This document shows, piece after piece, positions 13,645 to 25,299 of a DNA stretch of 64,000 nt. The stretch lies in the NCBI RefSeq assembly GCF_018350175.1, contig NC_058373.1, forward strand, positions 106,146,001 to 106,210,000, in the 5' to 3' direction. The notes beneath the pieces were generated by a model. The model did no database searches. It was not told the origin of the DNA and saw only the letters and a list, made by a program, of their open reading frames with translations. The position numbers and the translations under genes were made by a program. Numbering within the stretch: the first letter of the stretch is position 1; each line of letters starts with the position of its first letter. This stretch comes from Felis catus. Taxonomy: Eukaryota.

Positions 13645-13880
13645 TTTTTTTTTAACTGAGTTGAATCCTCAGCAGCTTTTTTTTTATTTATTTTTGAGAC
13701 AGAGAGAGACAGAGCACGAATGGGGGAGGGGCAGAGAGAGAGGGAGACACAGAATCAGAAGCAGGCTCCAGGCTCTGAGCCATCAGCCCAGAGCCTGACG
13801 CGGGGCTTGAACTCACGGACCGCGAGATCGTGACCTGTGCTAAGTCAGACACTTAAGCGACTGAGCCACCCAGGCGCCCC
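13645..13880 (-). mobile_element. Felid CAN-SINE
   Basis: TSD GAAACCATTTTA. Confidence 0.92.
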
Positions 13881-14321
13881 GAAACCATTTTAAAATACTA
13901 TGTTTCTCCGCAGAATGGACTAAAGGTACGCAATTACCCAAGTGTCCATAGGTTCTCAGCTGTTTCAGGGTCTGGTGGGACATTTGAACACTGTCTGGAA
14001 TGAGGGAAGATTCTTCCTTGGACAGTATTCCGTTATGCTTCGCAGGACACCTGGCATTCCTAGACACCGCTCGCTAAGCGCCAGTGACATTGTGATACTG
14101 AAAATGCTCCCACAGATTTCCAAAGTGACCCTTAGGGAGGAGTAATGCTCCTATTGATAAGAATGACCCTGTCTTTTCATCATGGTCGGAATTGTCAGTT
14201 CCATGTTTTGTTCTGTTTATGTTAAAAAGGGCAAGATAATGAGAAGACAAGCCATAGCCTGGGAAGAAGTTTTTGCAAAAGATAAAGGACTGTTATCCAA
14301 AACATACAAAGAACTTTCATT

Positions 14322-14775
14322 AATTTTTAAATATTTATTTTGAGTGTGTGTGTGTGTGTGTGTGTGTGCACGCACACAAGCAGGGGTGGGGCAGAGAGAG
14401 AGGTAGAGAGAGAAAGACTTCCAAGCAGACTCTGTGCTGCCAGCACAGAGCCCGACGTGGGGCTTGAACCCGAGATATGTGAGATCATGACCTGAGCTGA
14501 AACCAAGAGTCTGACGACACTTAACAGACAGAGCTGCCCGGGTGCCCCCAAGGAACGTTTTGAATGTTTATTCAATGTTTATTTTTGAGAGAGAGAGCAA
14601 GCAGGGGAGGGGCAGAGAGAGGAGAGAGAGAGAGAGAGGGAGACACAGAATCAGAAGCAAGCTCCAGGCTCTGAGCCGTCAGCACAGCTGACATGGGGCA
14701 CGAACTCATGAGCTTTGAGATCATGACCTGAGGGGAGGCCTGATGCTTAACTGACTGAGCCACCCGGGTGCCTCT
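14322..14775 (-). mobile_element. Two tandem CAN-SINEs inserted in an L1 fragment
   Basis: Two reverse SINE bodies; L1-like flanks (gaagacaagcc...gataaaggactgttatccaaaa). Confidence 0.85.
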
Positions 14776-15837
14776 CCCCACCCCCCCAAACAAACTTTTA
14801 AAACTCAGCTATAATAAAAGGGTTTTGTTACTTATTTCTTTCCCTGATTCTCTCTGGTAAACTAGCTGGCAAACGTTTTAGCATGTATCTCTCTCATGAA
14901 GCTATTAGCCTTCTCTTAATTTTTTTTTTTTTTACCACCGAAACTCCATTGTTTTGACAATGCCCTTAGACTTAAACTTCCCACGCTCTGTTTCAAATAA
15001 AGTTAGTTGCTTTGGGGAGAGCCGTAGCACTGCCTGCTTCGAGTCCTGTCTATACCCCTGGCCAAAATAGCTGAGCCAGAGCTCTAAAGCTGGGGGCCGG
15101 GGGGGCGGCAGACTTCTTTTGTCACTTCTTTTGGAGTGACACCTTGCTGTAGGAGCAGGGCACCGGGTGTGGGCAGTGGCCCACAGTCTTCTCAGCTTGT
15201 ATCTCCTACAGTGGAGTCTCCATCCTACAAATGTGCTGGGATGAGCGCACTCACAACCCTGGTATTCCCAGCACGCCATCCCTGAGGTCAAGCACCTGTC
15301 CTATGGATGGAGGCTAGGTGGAAGAAGAGAACTCCCAGCCCCTTGGGTATGCTCACCTGGAATTTAACCTCTGCAACATGTAGCTGAAAATATGAGAAGT
15401 TCTCATGGCCTGCTCCTCCCAGGGAGATACCATACCCTCCAGTTGGAAGCTGGGGAAGAGGGAGCCTTGTGTACGTGGTTGTACTCACCTGAAGTGGAGT
15501 TTCTGTCACACTGACCTGGGAGCAGGGAGAGGGAGTAGGTTATAGTTCAAACGCCACTGACTCTCGCTCTTCTTACTGAATTATAGTAGACTTTCTCCAA
15601 TAAATGTTTCTTCATTTGCTGTATGCTGTTATGACAACTTCCAGAGACTTCAAATGGTCGCTTTGTAAATAATTTTTACCGCCTATACTTGTTTCACTGG
15701 CTAGCAGGTCCACAGAGACCCTCACTGCCACTCCACAAACGGAACTCCCAATTCACACTTATATATCATTTTGATTTATTGACCCAACAATATCAAAAAG
15801 TATCAAGCAATCAAAAATATTTAAGGATAATTTTTTA

Positions 15838-16040
15838 GGGGCGCATCGGTAACTCAGGTGGTTAAGCGTCTGACTCTTGATTTTGGCTCAGGTTATGATC
15901 TCATGGTTCGTGAGTTCGAGCCTCGCGTCCAGCTCTGCGTTGAAGGTATGGAGCCTGCTTGGGATTTTCTCTTTCCCTCTCTCTCTGCCCCTGCCCCACT
16001 GGCTTGCTCTCTCTCTCTCTCAGAAAATAAATACATAAAC
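15838..16040 (+). mobile_element. CAN-SINE
   Basis: SINE head, CT tract and AATAAA tail. Confidence 0.9.
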
Positions 16041-17154
16041 TCTTAACCTAATTTTTAAAAAGCAGCCTGAGACAGTATTATGGGTGTGGCATAGCCCTCC
16101 ATGATGCTGAGACAGGGTAATTATCTTTTTCTGCCCAAAGAGGAGCTCTAAAAGTGGTCCATAGTTAGAGCTGGGTCCTCCCGGACTGAGTGAGGGAATA
16201 ATCATGCATAAATTTTGGATGTGACTGGAGACTGACTGGTGGATGCCAGGACAGATGAATCACCACTGAAGACTGATGTTTACCAATGCTTGGTACTAAA
16301 TAAGCCCCTAGAACCTAGATACTGCCATGTTAAGTTTCTATCGGCAGAACAGAGGATTGGGGAAAAATTTAATTGCATAAGAATGACAATTTCTTGCACC
16401 ATCAAAATTGTAGACTAGGATTTAGATCAGCTGTAAAAGTATAGGCTTTTTTTTTTTTTTTTTACAAGTTCAGCTGAAGGCAGGGAATTGAGAGAGATAA
16501 AAGGGAAGGAGGAATAGGAGAGGCTTTGCGGTTTTTTCCTTTTAAGTGAGAGCTTATGGGTTCACAAGAGGGATTTGGTTCAGTGAGAAAGACTAAGGAT
16601 ACCAGGAAAGTATCGATGGCATGAGGTTCCTGGGGCTAGAAAGGGCCCCACTTTCTTTACTAGTGGAAAGACAGAGCTGAGGACTGGTATAAATCCAGGT
16701 TAGCTTGTAATTTTCATCTTTCAAGAGGGGAAGGTCAGTTATAAGTTTGAGCAGAGAAAGTACGAAGGATCACTAAAGTGAGCAGAAAGACTGAGCTGGC
16801 AAGCAAAAAGGTTTAAATTGTTGGGCAGGGTAGAGGGGCTGAGAGAAGCCATGGACGCTAGGTGCAGAGGGTACTCGATCTGATCTACGATTTTCCTCCA
16901 GTCATGCTCAGCTCTTCTGGAGCAGGAATGGAGAAGACGGACGACTGGGGTCTGCCAGGGCTGAGATTATACTAGAAAATAGCTGCCCAGCATCTCTTCA
17001 TATATTTGAAAAGCACATATCTTATATAGCTGTTCTCCAACTCAAACAAATCTTGTCTTTTACATTTTATGATATTTAGTTCCCCATCCCTTTAGTGTTG
17101 TCTTTATCTTCTCTGGCTCTTCTCCGGGTTTCCCATTTTCTTTTACACGTTAAG

Positions 17155-17365
17155 AGAGGCAGCACAGTGCGGTGGTTAAGATGGGACTTTTGGCGCCCAT
17201 CTGCTAGGTACAAATCTTATGTATAGTGCAAACGTCCTGTGTCACCGCGGTCAAATCACATAGCACCTCTGTGCCTCAGTCTTCTCATCTGTAAAATGGG
17301 GGCAGTGATAATATATTATCTTCCTAGAGAGTTGCTTTGAGGAACAGATGGGGTAATGTACGTAC
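17155..17365 (+). mobile_element. MIR fragment
   Basis: MIR core cctctgtgcctcagt..ctcatctgtaaaatgggg. Confidence 0.8.
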
Positions 17366-17498
17366 TATGGGGAGCGTGACTCGTGGCTCTTTTTGTCATT
17401 CAAAGGAAACACTCAAACTGGGAGCAGAATGACACATGAAGGATTACATGCTGACCAATATTTAACATATCTCAATATTTCATAGCTTCTCTTTCTCC

Positions 17499-17729
17499 TT
17501 TTTATTTTATTATTTTTTATTTTTTTAATGTTTATTTATTTTTGAGACAGAGAGAGACAGAGTATGAATGGGGGAGGGCCAGAGAGAGAGGGAGACACAG
17601 AATCAGAAGCAGACTCCAGGCTCTGAGCTGTCAGCACAGAGCCCGACGCGGGGCTCGAACTCACGGGCTGCGAGATCGTGACCTGAGCCAAAGTCGGACA
17701 CTTAACCGACTGAGCCACCCAGGCGCCCC
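17499..17729 (-). mobile_element. Felid CAN-SINE
   Basis: TSD TCTTTCTCCTTTTTA. Confidence 0.94.
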
Positions 17730-18841
17730 TCTTTCTCCTTTTTAAACAAAATCACTATAATCGTGCACTCAATGTGAGGAAAGGTCTGTGTTATATTTGA
17801 GAGTCAATCTTTCTCCGTCTTTTATTCAAGGCATCGATTTCTGTCTCTAAGTATTTACAACTGGACCAGATTGGTTGCTGGCCTTTATCTACATATCTTT
17901 TGCTTCTAAATCCATCTCTTTTGATAACGGTTTCTGAAAATGTGACACCTTTTCTTCCCCACAGGTAGAGTCCGGATTAGGGCCAATTTTTATAAAGCTC
18001 GAGGTCCTCAATTAGACTGTAAGCCCTCTTAAAGCAGGTACTGTGATTTTTACCTTTCAGTAGACTTAGCACCCAGGAAATTGCCCAATGTGAAGTAGGA
18101 AATAAAAACTATAGATGATGATAATAGTGGTGGTGGTGGTGATGCTAAGTTCTCATCTTTAGTTTCTCTATCCTCTGATGGTTGAGGGAACAACAGAGGG
18201 TAAAGGAAGAGAACACAGGGCTCCAAAGCCAGACAGACTGGTGGTTCAAATCCTAGTTCTATCACTGACTGGTTGTATAGCCTCAAATAAACAAACAAGC
18301 AAATAACACTATAATTTTTTTAGTAACTTATTAGCATTGCTTTTTCTTTTCCCTCCCATTTTTGCCAACCATGACTCTTACAGGTCCTGACGGAATGGTC
18401 TCTTCCCCAAGCTATCCTTTTCTTAAAACTTCCTACCACTACCTACACCGAGAGTTAGGATGGGGCTCCTTTCCTGCCTTAAAGTCCCTCGTGCCACCAC
18501 CTTGTCACTTCCAGTCTCTCAGATTTTCCCTTCACTCACCAGAAGGGTTATTCCATGCCATGTTTATTTTTAAATATTTTCGTTTGAGTTTTCTTTTCAG
18601 GAAATACCCCACTTTGTACATTTGCCTACTTCCCCTAAGATCCCTAACTCTTTGCCATTATTCATAGTCGCTGAATTCCTATTCTCTGATAACTTTCCTA
18701 ACTGGAAGACTTTATCATGTCCTCCCAAGTGCCAGACATGACTTCCATTTTCTCAGAATGCCAAAAAATACACAATTGTTTTGACTTTAACAGGCAAATA
18801 CTGTAGATATACGTTAAATATTTGTTCAGCTGCATTAAGTC

Positions 18842-18886
18842 TGTGTGTGTGTGTGTATATATATACACACATATGTATGTAGACAT

Positions 18887-18927
<41 letters not shown>

Positions 18928-18928
18928 A
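18842..18928 (+). repeat. Compound (TG)n/(TA)n/(CA)n/(TA)n microsatellite
   Basis: Directly visible. Confidence 0.95.
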
Positions 18929-19399
18929 TAAGTGCTAAAGAGTAGAGATTATCTACTTTGCACTACATTGAGTATAGCAAGATATATACAGATAATGTAT
19001 AAACTTATGAACTTATGATTGTGATGATGCCTTGAGCATGGGGGAGAAATTAAATACCTTTAGCTCTGACAGAATCATATTTCTCCATCTTTGATTACAA
19101 AATACACCCACCTATCACACAGAAGTGTAAAAAATAATTAACATCTTTAAATGCAAGAAGAAAAGGTGGCTATTTCACATTGAAATTTTAACATTATAGC
19201 TGATGTCATTTCGTATCTAGTTTAAAGTTCTCATTCAATGAAGGCTGTGAAATGTTGAAGGCAAGAGGAGCAAGTGGAGGGAAGGAAAGAAAGAGGGAGA
19301 AAACAGTATCTTTCAAAATTCCGAGTAAACGATTCTGTGAATGGTGGCATTTAATGTGCAAAATTTCAGACACACAAACCTGGAATTGTGCTTTTGAAT

Positions 19400-19607
19400 T
19401 TTCAACGTTTTATTTTATTTTTGGGACAGAGAGAGACAGAGCATGAACGGGGGAGGGGCAGAGAGAGAGGGAGACACAGAATCAGAAACAGGCTCCAGGC
19501 TCTGAGCCATCAGCCCAGAGCCTGACGCGGGGCTCGAACTCACGGACCGCGAGATCGTGACCTGGCTGAAGTCGGACGCTTAACCGACTGCGCCACCCAG
19601 GTGCCCC
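19400..19607 (-). mobile_element. Young felid CAN-SINE
   Basis: TSD TGTGCTTTTGAATTTT. Confidence 0.94.
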
Positions 19608-19641
19608 TGTGCTTTTGAATTTTAAGAAGCGTCTTTGTTTT

Positions 19642-19850
19642 AGGGGCTCCTGAGTGGCTCAGTCGGTTAAGCGACTGACTCTTGATTTCAGCTCAGGTCA
19701 TGATCTCACGGTTCATGGGTTCAAGCCCCTGCATCAGGCTCTGCACTGATGGTGTGGAGCCTGCTTGGGATTCTCTCTCTCCCTCTCTCTCTCTGTTCCT
19801 CCCCACTTGTGCTCTCTCTAAAACTAAATAAATAAATAACTTTAAAAAAA
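19642..19850 (+). mobile_element. Older CAN-SINE
   Basis: Flanking repeat AGAAGC(G/A)TCTTTG. Confidence 0.92.
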
Positions 19851-20341
19851 GAAGCATCTTTGGTTTTCACATTTCTGAAAATATTTCCAGCTTGATTGAA
19901 GTTACTTTCTGACCTTATGCCCAAATTATTAATATTCTATTATATGCAATAACACCACATCTATTCTCCCTTTCTAATAATGTTAGTTTAGACAAATCAT
20001 GTCTATAAAAGCAATGATTCATTTTTTTTCCATAAATATAACCAAACTTCCAAATGTAGAAGCGTATGATGCCCTTGGAAAGCTCTATGCTTATTCTAAG
20101 AATACAGCCACTTCTCAAAATATTTTTAGAATTCTTCATTGTACTCATCTTCAGTTAGCCACATAGGAAAGCCAGTCTTGTTACTTTATAGAGCTCTCAT
20201 TTTTTATATATATATGAAAAAGTGTCATTACTTACCCGATTCAATCAACTTGACTTCAAGTTACATTTTTGGCTGCATCTGAAAATCAAATTTACCTCAA
20301 AAGGCAACGATCTGATCTTCTACTATGAAAGTTATTTTTTA

Positions 20342-20569
20342 TCTTTTTTTTTTAATTTTTTTCAATGTTTATTTATTTATTTTTGGGACAGAGAGAGACA
20401 GAGCATGAACGGGGGAGGGGCAGAGAGAGAGGGAGACACGGAATCGGAAACAGGCTCCAGGCTCCGAGCCATCAGCCCAGAGCCTGACGCGGGGCTCGAA
20501 CTCACGGACCGCGAGATCGTGACCTGGCTGAAGTCGGACGCTTAACCGACTGCGCCCCCCAGGCGCCCC
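20342..20569 (-). mobile_element. Young felid CAN-SINE
   Basis: TSD TGAAAGTTATTTTTT. Confidence 0.95.
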
Positions 20570-20775
20570 TGAAAGTTATTTTTTAAAAATGTAAAAGCAC
20601 TCTGCGAACAGCATCCCCCATGTGATTAGAAACAAAGTATCAGGTTAGAGTAAGGGTAAAGCCTCAAAACTTCCCAGGGCAGATAATTTGGGGGACAGAA
20701 TGAGGGATATTAATTTTTTTAAGTATAATCTTGGAATACATTTATAAACAGCCACATTTCTTTATTTTCATACTT

Positions 20776-20992
20776 CTTTTTTTTTTTTTTAACGTTTATT
20801 TATTTTTGGGACAGAGAGAGACAGAGCATGAACAGGGGAGGGGCAGAGAGAGAGGGAGACACAGAATCGGAAACAGGCTCCAGGCTCCGAGACATCAGCC
20901 CAGAGCCTGACGCGGGGCTCGAACTCACAGACCGCGAGATCGTGACCTGGCTGAAGTCGGACGCTTAACCGACTGCGCCACCCAGGCGCCCC
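20776..20992 (-). mobile_element. Young felid CAN-SINE
   Basis: TSD TATTTTCATACTTCT. Confidence 0.95.
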
Positions 20993-21639
20993 TATTTTCA
21001 TACTTCTATCTGCCCTTCAGATGGTTGATTTTATGGTAATAAGCTACCTTTCAAAATCCAAAAATGGTTTAAAATGGTCTATGAATATAAAATTTCCCAC
21101 AAAGATTATAGGGACACGGGGCGCGAGGAAGGGCACCAAAACGTGTAAGGACAAGAATTTTTCGTTCCCAACCTAAGTACCCAAAGCGCGTGTCAGAGGT
21201 GCAAGTTCTAAAAATCTCAACTTTGGTGAATTCTGGTGATTTAGGGGAGCCTTCAAGTGATTCTGAAAGTCTCCATCCTTTCCTGAAATTCTCTGTATTT
21301 GAACAAATCCTGGTTGCATTCAATGATTTTGTTTCACAGTGTGATTCCTATAATATGAGCTTTTCAGTAATTGTGAATGTTATTTTTCTCATTTTTGGCA
21401 CTTACAGCTCACAATGCTTGGTTGTGTGGTTTAATATTTTAATTTTTGCATTTTACACTTGGCACTTTTGAAGAAGGGCACATTGTCTTGTATGTTGTTT
21501 GGGGGAAGGGGTAAGCCTCCCCCTCTGTCTCTTTTTTAAATGTTTGGCTTTATGAAATACACGATTCTCCCCAGAATCCCGTATCATCAAACGGTGCAGC
21601 TGAAAATTTGCCTTTACAAGCTGTGAATCCCAACCTTTC

Positions 21640-23169
21640 TTAGAGGCTGGTGTCCCCAGCTTCAGACTTAGGCTGTTTGACCGCTGCTGTCACTGGTTCC
21701 AGGGGCCCCTCCCTGCAGAAAAGCACAACTGGGTTTTTTCGAGCCCACATGGCCACGTCCCCTCCCATCCCACTGGACGGGTTGGAAGAGGACATCCTGC
21801 TGAAGGCTCCCAGCCGGTTGGCGTAGCGGTTTCGAAGGCGATTGCGGCTTCTGGCCTGCAGACCGGGGCCCTGGTTGGGCAGGAAAGCGTCCACGTTCCT
21901 AGTCCGGTAGCCCTCTTCCCGGTTGCGCCCCAGGAGCATCGAAATGTTGGGGTTGCGAATGGCGTAGATGACAGGGTTGATGGCCCCATTGGCCCAGGTC
22001 AGCCAGACGGCCACCACGTTGAGGAGCGAGGGGGCTTGCGCGGCCTGGGCCTGCCGGGCCGCAGCCAGCAGCACCAGGAAGCAGTAGGGCCCCCAGCAGC
22101 AGATGACGAAGACGATCATGATAAGCACGGTGGTGGCCGTGCGCACCTCGCTGAAAAAGCGCAGCACGCGCGCGTACGTGGTCAGGGGCCGCACGCGCAC
22201 GTCGGACAGGCGCACCGTCTTGCAGATGTGGTAGTGGCAGAAGCACATGAGCAGGAAGGGCAGCAGGTAGCAGGCCACCACCAGCCCCACGCTGTAAGCC
22301 GCGCCCAGCTGCGCGGGGTCCGGGGACGTCCGGTACAGGCAGCCGTGGAAGCTCTGGGCCGCCGGGGGCTCCCGGGGCGAGCGGAGCAGCTCCCAGGGCA
22401 AGGAGAAGCCCAGGGCCGCCAGCCAGGCGCCCGCCAGCAGCTGCAGCGCGCGGCGGCGACCGATCTTCTCCCGCGGCGGCCGCACGATGGCGCAGTAGCG
22501 GTCCAGCGAGATGAGGGCCACGCTGAGCGTCGACACGATGCCGAAGCACGAGCTGAAGAAGCGGCTGGCGGCGCAGAAGCCGCGCCAGGGCCCCGCGGCG
22601 GGGGCGACGGGGGCGGCGGCGGCGGCGGCGGCGGGGACCGAGCCCCCTGGCGGCGTGAACAGGTCCAGGAAGGCGGCGGGCAGACAGAGCAGCGCCGTGA
22701 GCAGGTCCGACAGGGACAGAGACAGGATGAAGGCGTTGGTGACGGTGCGGAGCTGCCGGTGTTTCACGATCACCCCCATCACCGCGCAGTTGCCCAGGCT
22801 AGACAGCAGGAAGATGAGCAGGAGCACGAGCGCCTGGGCTGCCACCGCCGCGCCGTGCGACAGCAGCGGCGCCGCCTCGGGGCCCGGCGGCGGCCTCCCC
22901 GCCGCCCCCGCCGCCCGGGGCCCGCCGAGGCCGCCGCCAGCCGAGGCGCCAGTGCTGTCGCCCCCGTTCCCGTCGCTCTGGTTCCCCAGCGCCGCGGCCG
23001 CCGCGGTCGCCACGGTGCTGAAGGAGAGCACGGCCGCCGCGGTGGCCGCGGAGGAAGTCCCTCCAGGTGCGCCGGCCGCGGAGGGGGCTCCGGGGTGTGG
23101 GCTGCCCAACAAGGTCATTCTCGCTGGCGGGCGGACCGGCGGCGGCGGCGGCGGCGGCTGCTCCTCCAT
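21640..23169 (-). CDS. GPR135: G protein-coupled receptor 135 (orphan class A GPCR), single coding exon, 509 aa
   Basis: Intact ATG..TAA ORF with seven hydrophobic segments. Class A motifs: GN (TM1), LSLSD (TM2), DRY, CWGP (TM6), NPVIY (TM7). C-terminus SEAGDTSL. Position next to L3HYPDH/JKAMP matches known synteny. Confidence 0.97.
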   Translation of the reverse strand: MEEQPPPPPPPVRPPARMTLLGSPHPGAPSAAGAPGGTSSAATAAAVLSFSTVATAAAAALGNQSDGNGGDSTGASAGGGLGGPRAAGAAGRPPPGPEAAPLLSHGAAVAAQALVLLLIFLLSSLGNCAVMGVIVKHRQLRTVTNAFILSLSLSDLLTALLCLPAAFLDLFTPPGGSVPAAAAAAAPVAPAAGPWRGFCAASRFFSSCFGIVSTLSVALISLDRYCAIVRPPREKIGRRRALQLLAGAWLAALGFSLPWELLRSPREPPAAQSFHGCLYRTSPDPAQLGAAYSVGLVVACYLLPFLLMCFCHYHICKTVRLSDVRVRPLTTYARVLRFFSEVRTATTVLIMIVFVICCWGPYCFLVLLAAARQAQAAQAPSLLNVVAVWLTWANGAINPVIYAIRNPNISMLLGRNREEGYRTRNVDAFLPNQGPGLQARSRNRLRNRYANRLGAFSRMSSSNPSSGMGGDVAMWARKNPVVLFCREGPLEPVTAAVKQPKSEAGDTSL

Positions 23170-23480
23170 GGGGCCCCGAGGCGGCCGCGGCTGTGTTCAT
23201 CCCGCACGGGGGGAGGCGGCCGCAAGCCGGGGGAGGTGGCTCGGGCTGGGGCCAGAGGCCTCTGCCGGGAGTCGGGTCGGCGGGAGGGGTGGCGGTCGCC
23301 CCGTACCCGTCGCCCCGTACCCGGCCGATCCTTTGACGTGGGTTCTAGGCGTTGCCGAGGGAACGGTGTTTACGCAGGAGCGCGGGGCGGGACGCCGACC
23401 AAGCACCCTCCGAAGAGCCGGCCCACAACATCACTCCTCCACGAGGTTACCCGGCCAGGGAGTCTGGGCCTCAGCGGGGG
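21900..23480. promoter_or_regulatory. CpG island covering the GPR135 body and 5' region
   Basis: Very high GC and CpG density against CpG-poor flanks; edges approximate. Confidence 0.85.
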
Positions 23481-23745
23481 CCAGGGTGACCCCCACCCCC
23501 AAAGGACTTCATTTATACGAGGGCCAGGTGAAGCGGGACGGGCCCTCATATAAATGGCCAAATTCAACAAGGGTTCACTCTTGAACTCTCTTGTCGGATA
23601 CAAGTGTCCTACAGGAAGGCCTTTGCAGGGGACACTCTGCTTCCTGTTGATGTTTTTGGCACATGCAAGTAAGGGACCTAGAACCTAAGGTGAAAAACGG
23701 TCCAGATCCGGAGATCTTAAGCCTCAGGGGCCGAATAATGTGAAC

Positions 23746-23932
23746 CAGGGTGTTCTCAAATTTGAATATGCAACAGAATCACCTAGAGGGCTCATTGAAA
23801 CGCAAGTGACCGGACCCAACCCCGGTTGCAGATTCAGTGGGTGTGGGGTCCCGTCCCAGAATTTGCATTTCCAACAAATTAATAGGTAGTGATGATGTTG
23901 CTGGTTTGAGGAACACACTTTGAGAACCACTG
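23746..23932. mobile_element. MER5A-like hAT non-autonomous DNA transposon
   Basis: Terminal inverted ttctcaaa / tttgagaaccactg; internal cagaatcacc and gaatttgcattt..aacaa. Confidence 0.75.
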
Positions 23933-24375
23933 AGGTGGTGAGCTTATTAAAACGCGTGTTTACGGATGACTCCCAGAATTATTGAGGATGGGCCTGTGAA
24001 TCTACACGCCACAGGTAATTAATTCTGATATAGGCGCTGTGAGGAGCTAGAATATGGATCTCAGAGACAGCAGGCCATCTTGTTTTCAAGGGCGCAGACC
24101 TCGGGACCATAAGTGGTTCACACGTGTGTGGCAGTGTTGGGTGGAGAGTGGAGAGCAATGAGTTCCTTGCCCTCTTGGCGGCCTTCCTCAGTTCTCTGGA
24201 ATGTGGTGTGTAGAAAGTGCTACCAGCCAGGGAGTCACCGCTGTCGCAGCTCCAGGTTTGTGGCTGGGAGATAGAGAAGTGAAAGGTCCCGCCTGCCCAG
24301 GGAAGCTGCATCTCAAGTTTCTGGGCATGGCCTCTAATGGGGGAAAATGTGATAAACCCTTAGGTTCTCTGAAAC

Positions 24376-24546
24376 CATGGTTTGCAAAGTGTGGACCCTA
24401 GACCTGCTGCATTAGCCCCACCTGGGACCTTGTCGGAAATGCAGATTCCCAGGCTCTGCCCCCAGTATACTGAATCTGAACTCTGGAGGTGGGGCCCGGC
24501 CATACGCCCTGCGAGTGATTCTGACCCACAGTTGAGAAACATTGCT
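24376..24546. mobile_element. MER5A-like element
   Basis: caaagtgtgg...gaaatgcagattc...tactgaatc.gaactctgg...ttgagaa. Confidence 0.72.
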
Positions 24547-25299
24547 CTAAAGAATGACCAGTGCACTTGCAGATCTTGGAATCAATGATATTAGTGCTTC
24601 GGATGCTTATTTCAATGAGGAAAAATATCTTACTGGAAATTTACAGTATAAATAGAAGTTTATTTAAGGTGGTAAACAAATGCATTATAGGAATTCATTA
24701 TAGGATGTTTAACAGTCACTCTAGCCTCTGCCCACAACATGCCAGTAGTGACAATTAAAAATGTCCCTGGGGGGCTGGGGGGGGGGGGATGACCACACCT
24801 GAGAACCACTGAAGTAAAACAAAGCTATATAGTAGTTTATTTAGCAGATCTTCTCTGTGCTAGGTTTTCAGAAACAACAAATAAGGATCTCAGCCCAAAG
24901 AACCTTACAGTTTTAGGCAAACCCAAATATGTTACAGTATTGTACGTGTTGTTAAAAAATATAATGAAATTCTATGGAGGTGATTATTCCTAGGGTAGCT
25001 GATGAAGACTTCACACGAGCAGTGACATCGGACTCTCCAAAATGAGAAGACAGAGAAGGACCTTTGAAATTCATGTGTAAAGTCTGGAGATAAGTGCGTA
25101 AGTTACTTGACTCTTGGGTACTGGTGACTGAGGGTAGGGAGTGGAGAGAGAAATAAATGATAAAATGATAAATGATAAAAGTTGACTGGAACCCTCTTAT
25201 GAAGGCCTCGCATGCCACGTTACAGAGATTGAACTTCATCAGGGGGAGATGGGGTAACGGCACTCTCCATTGAAGGGTAGGCCAGGGTCAGGTATGTTC

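Noticed and set aside
21690..22549. Same-strand shifted-frame ORFs within GPR135 (216 aa, 99 aa)
   Set aside because: Stop-poor GC-rich frames deep in the CDS; no independent evidence.
22036..23584. Long antisense ORFs (505 aa and 357 aa) opposite GPR135
   Set aside because: Expected shadows of a very GC-rich CDS; low-complexity Gly/Arg/Ala products with no domain.
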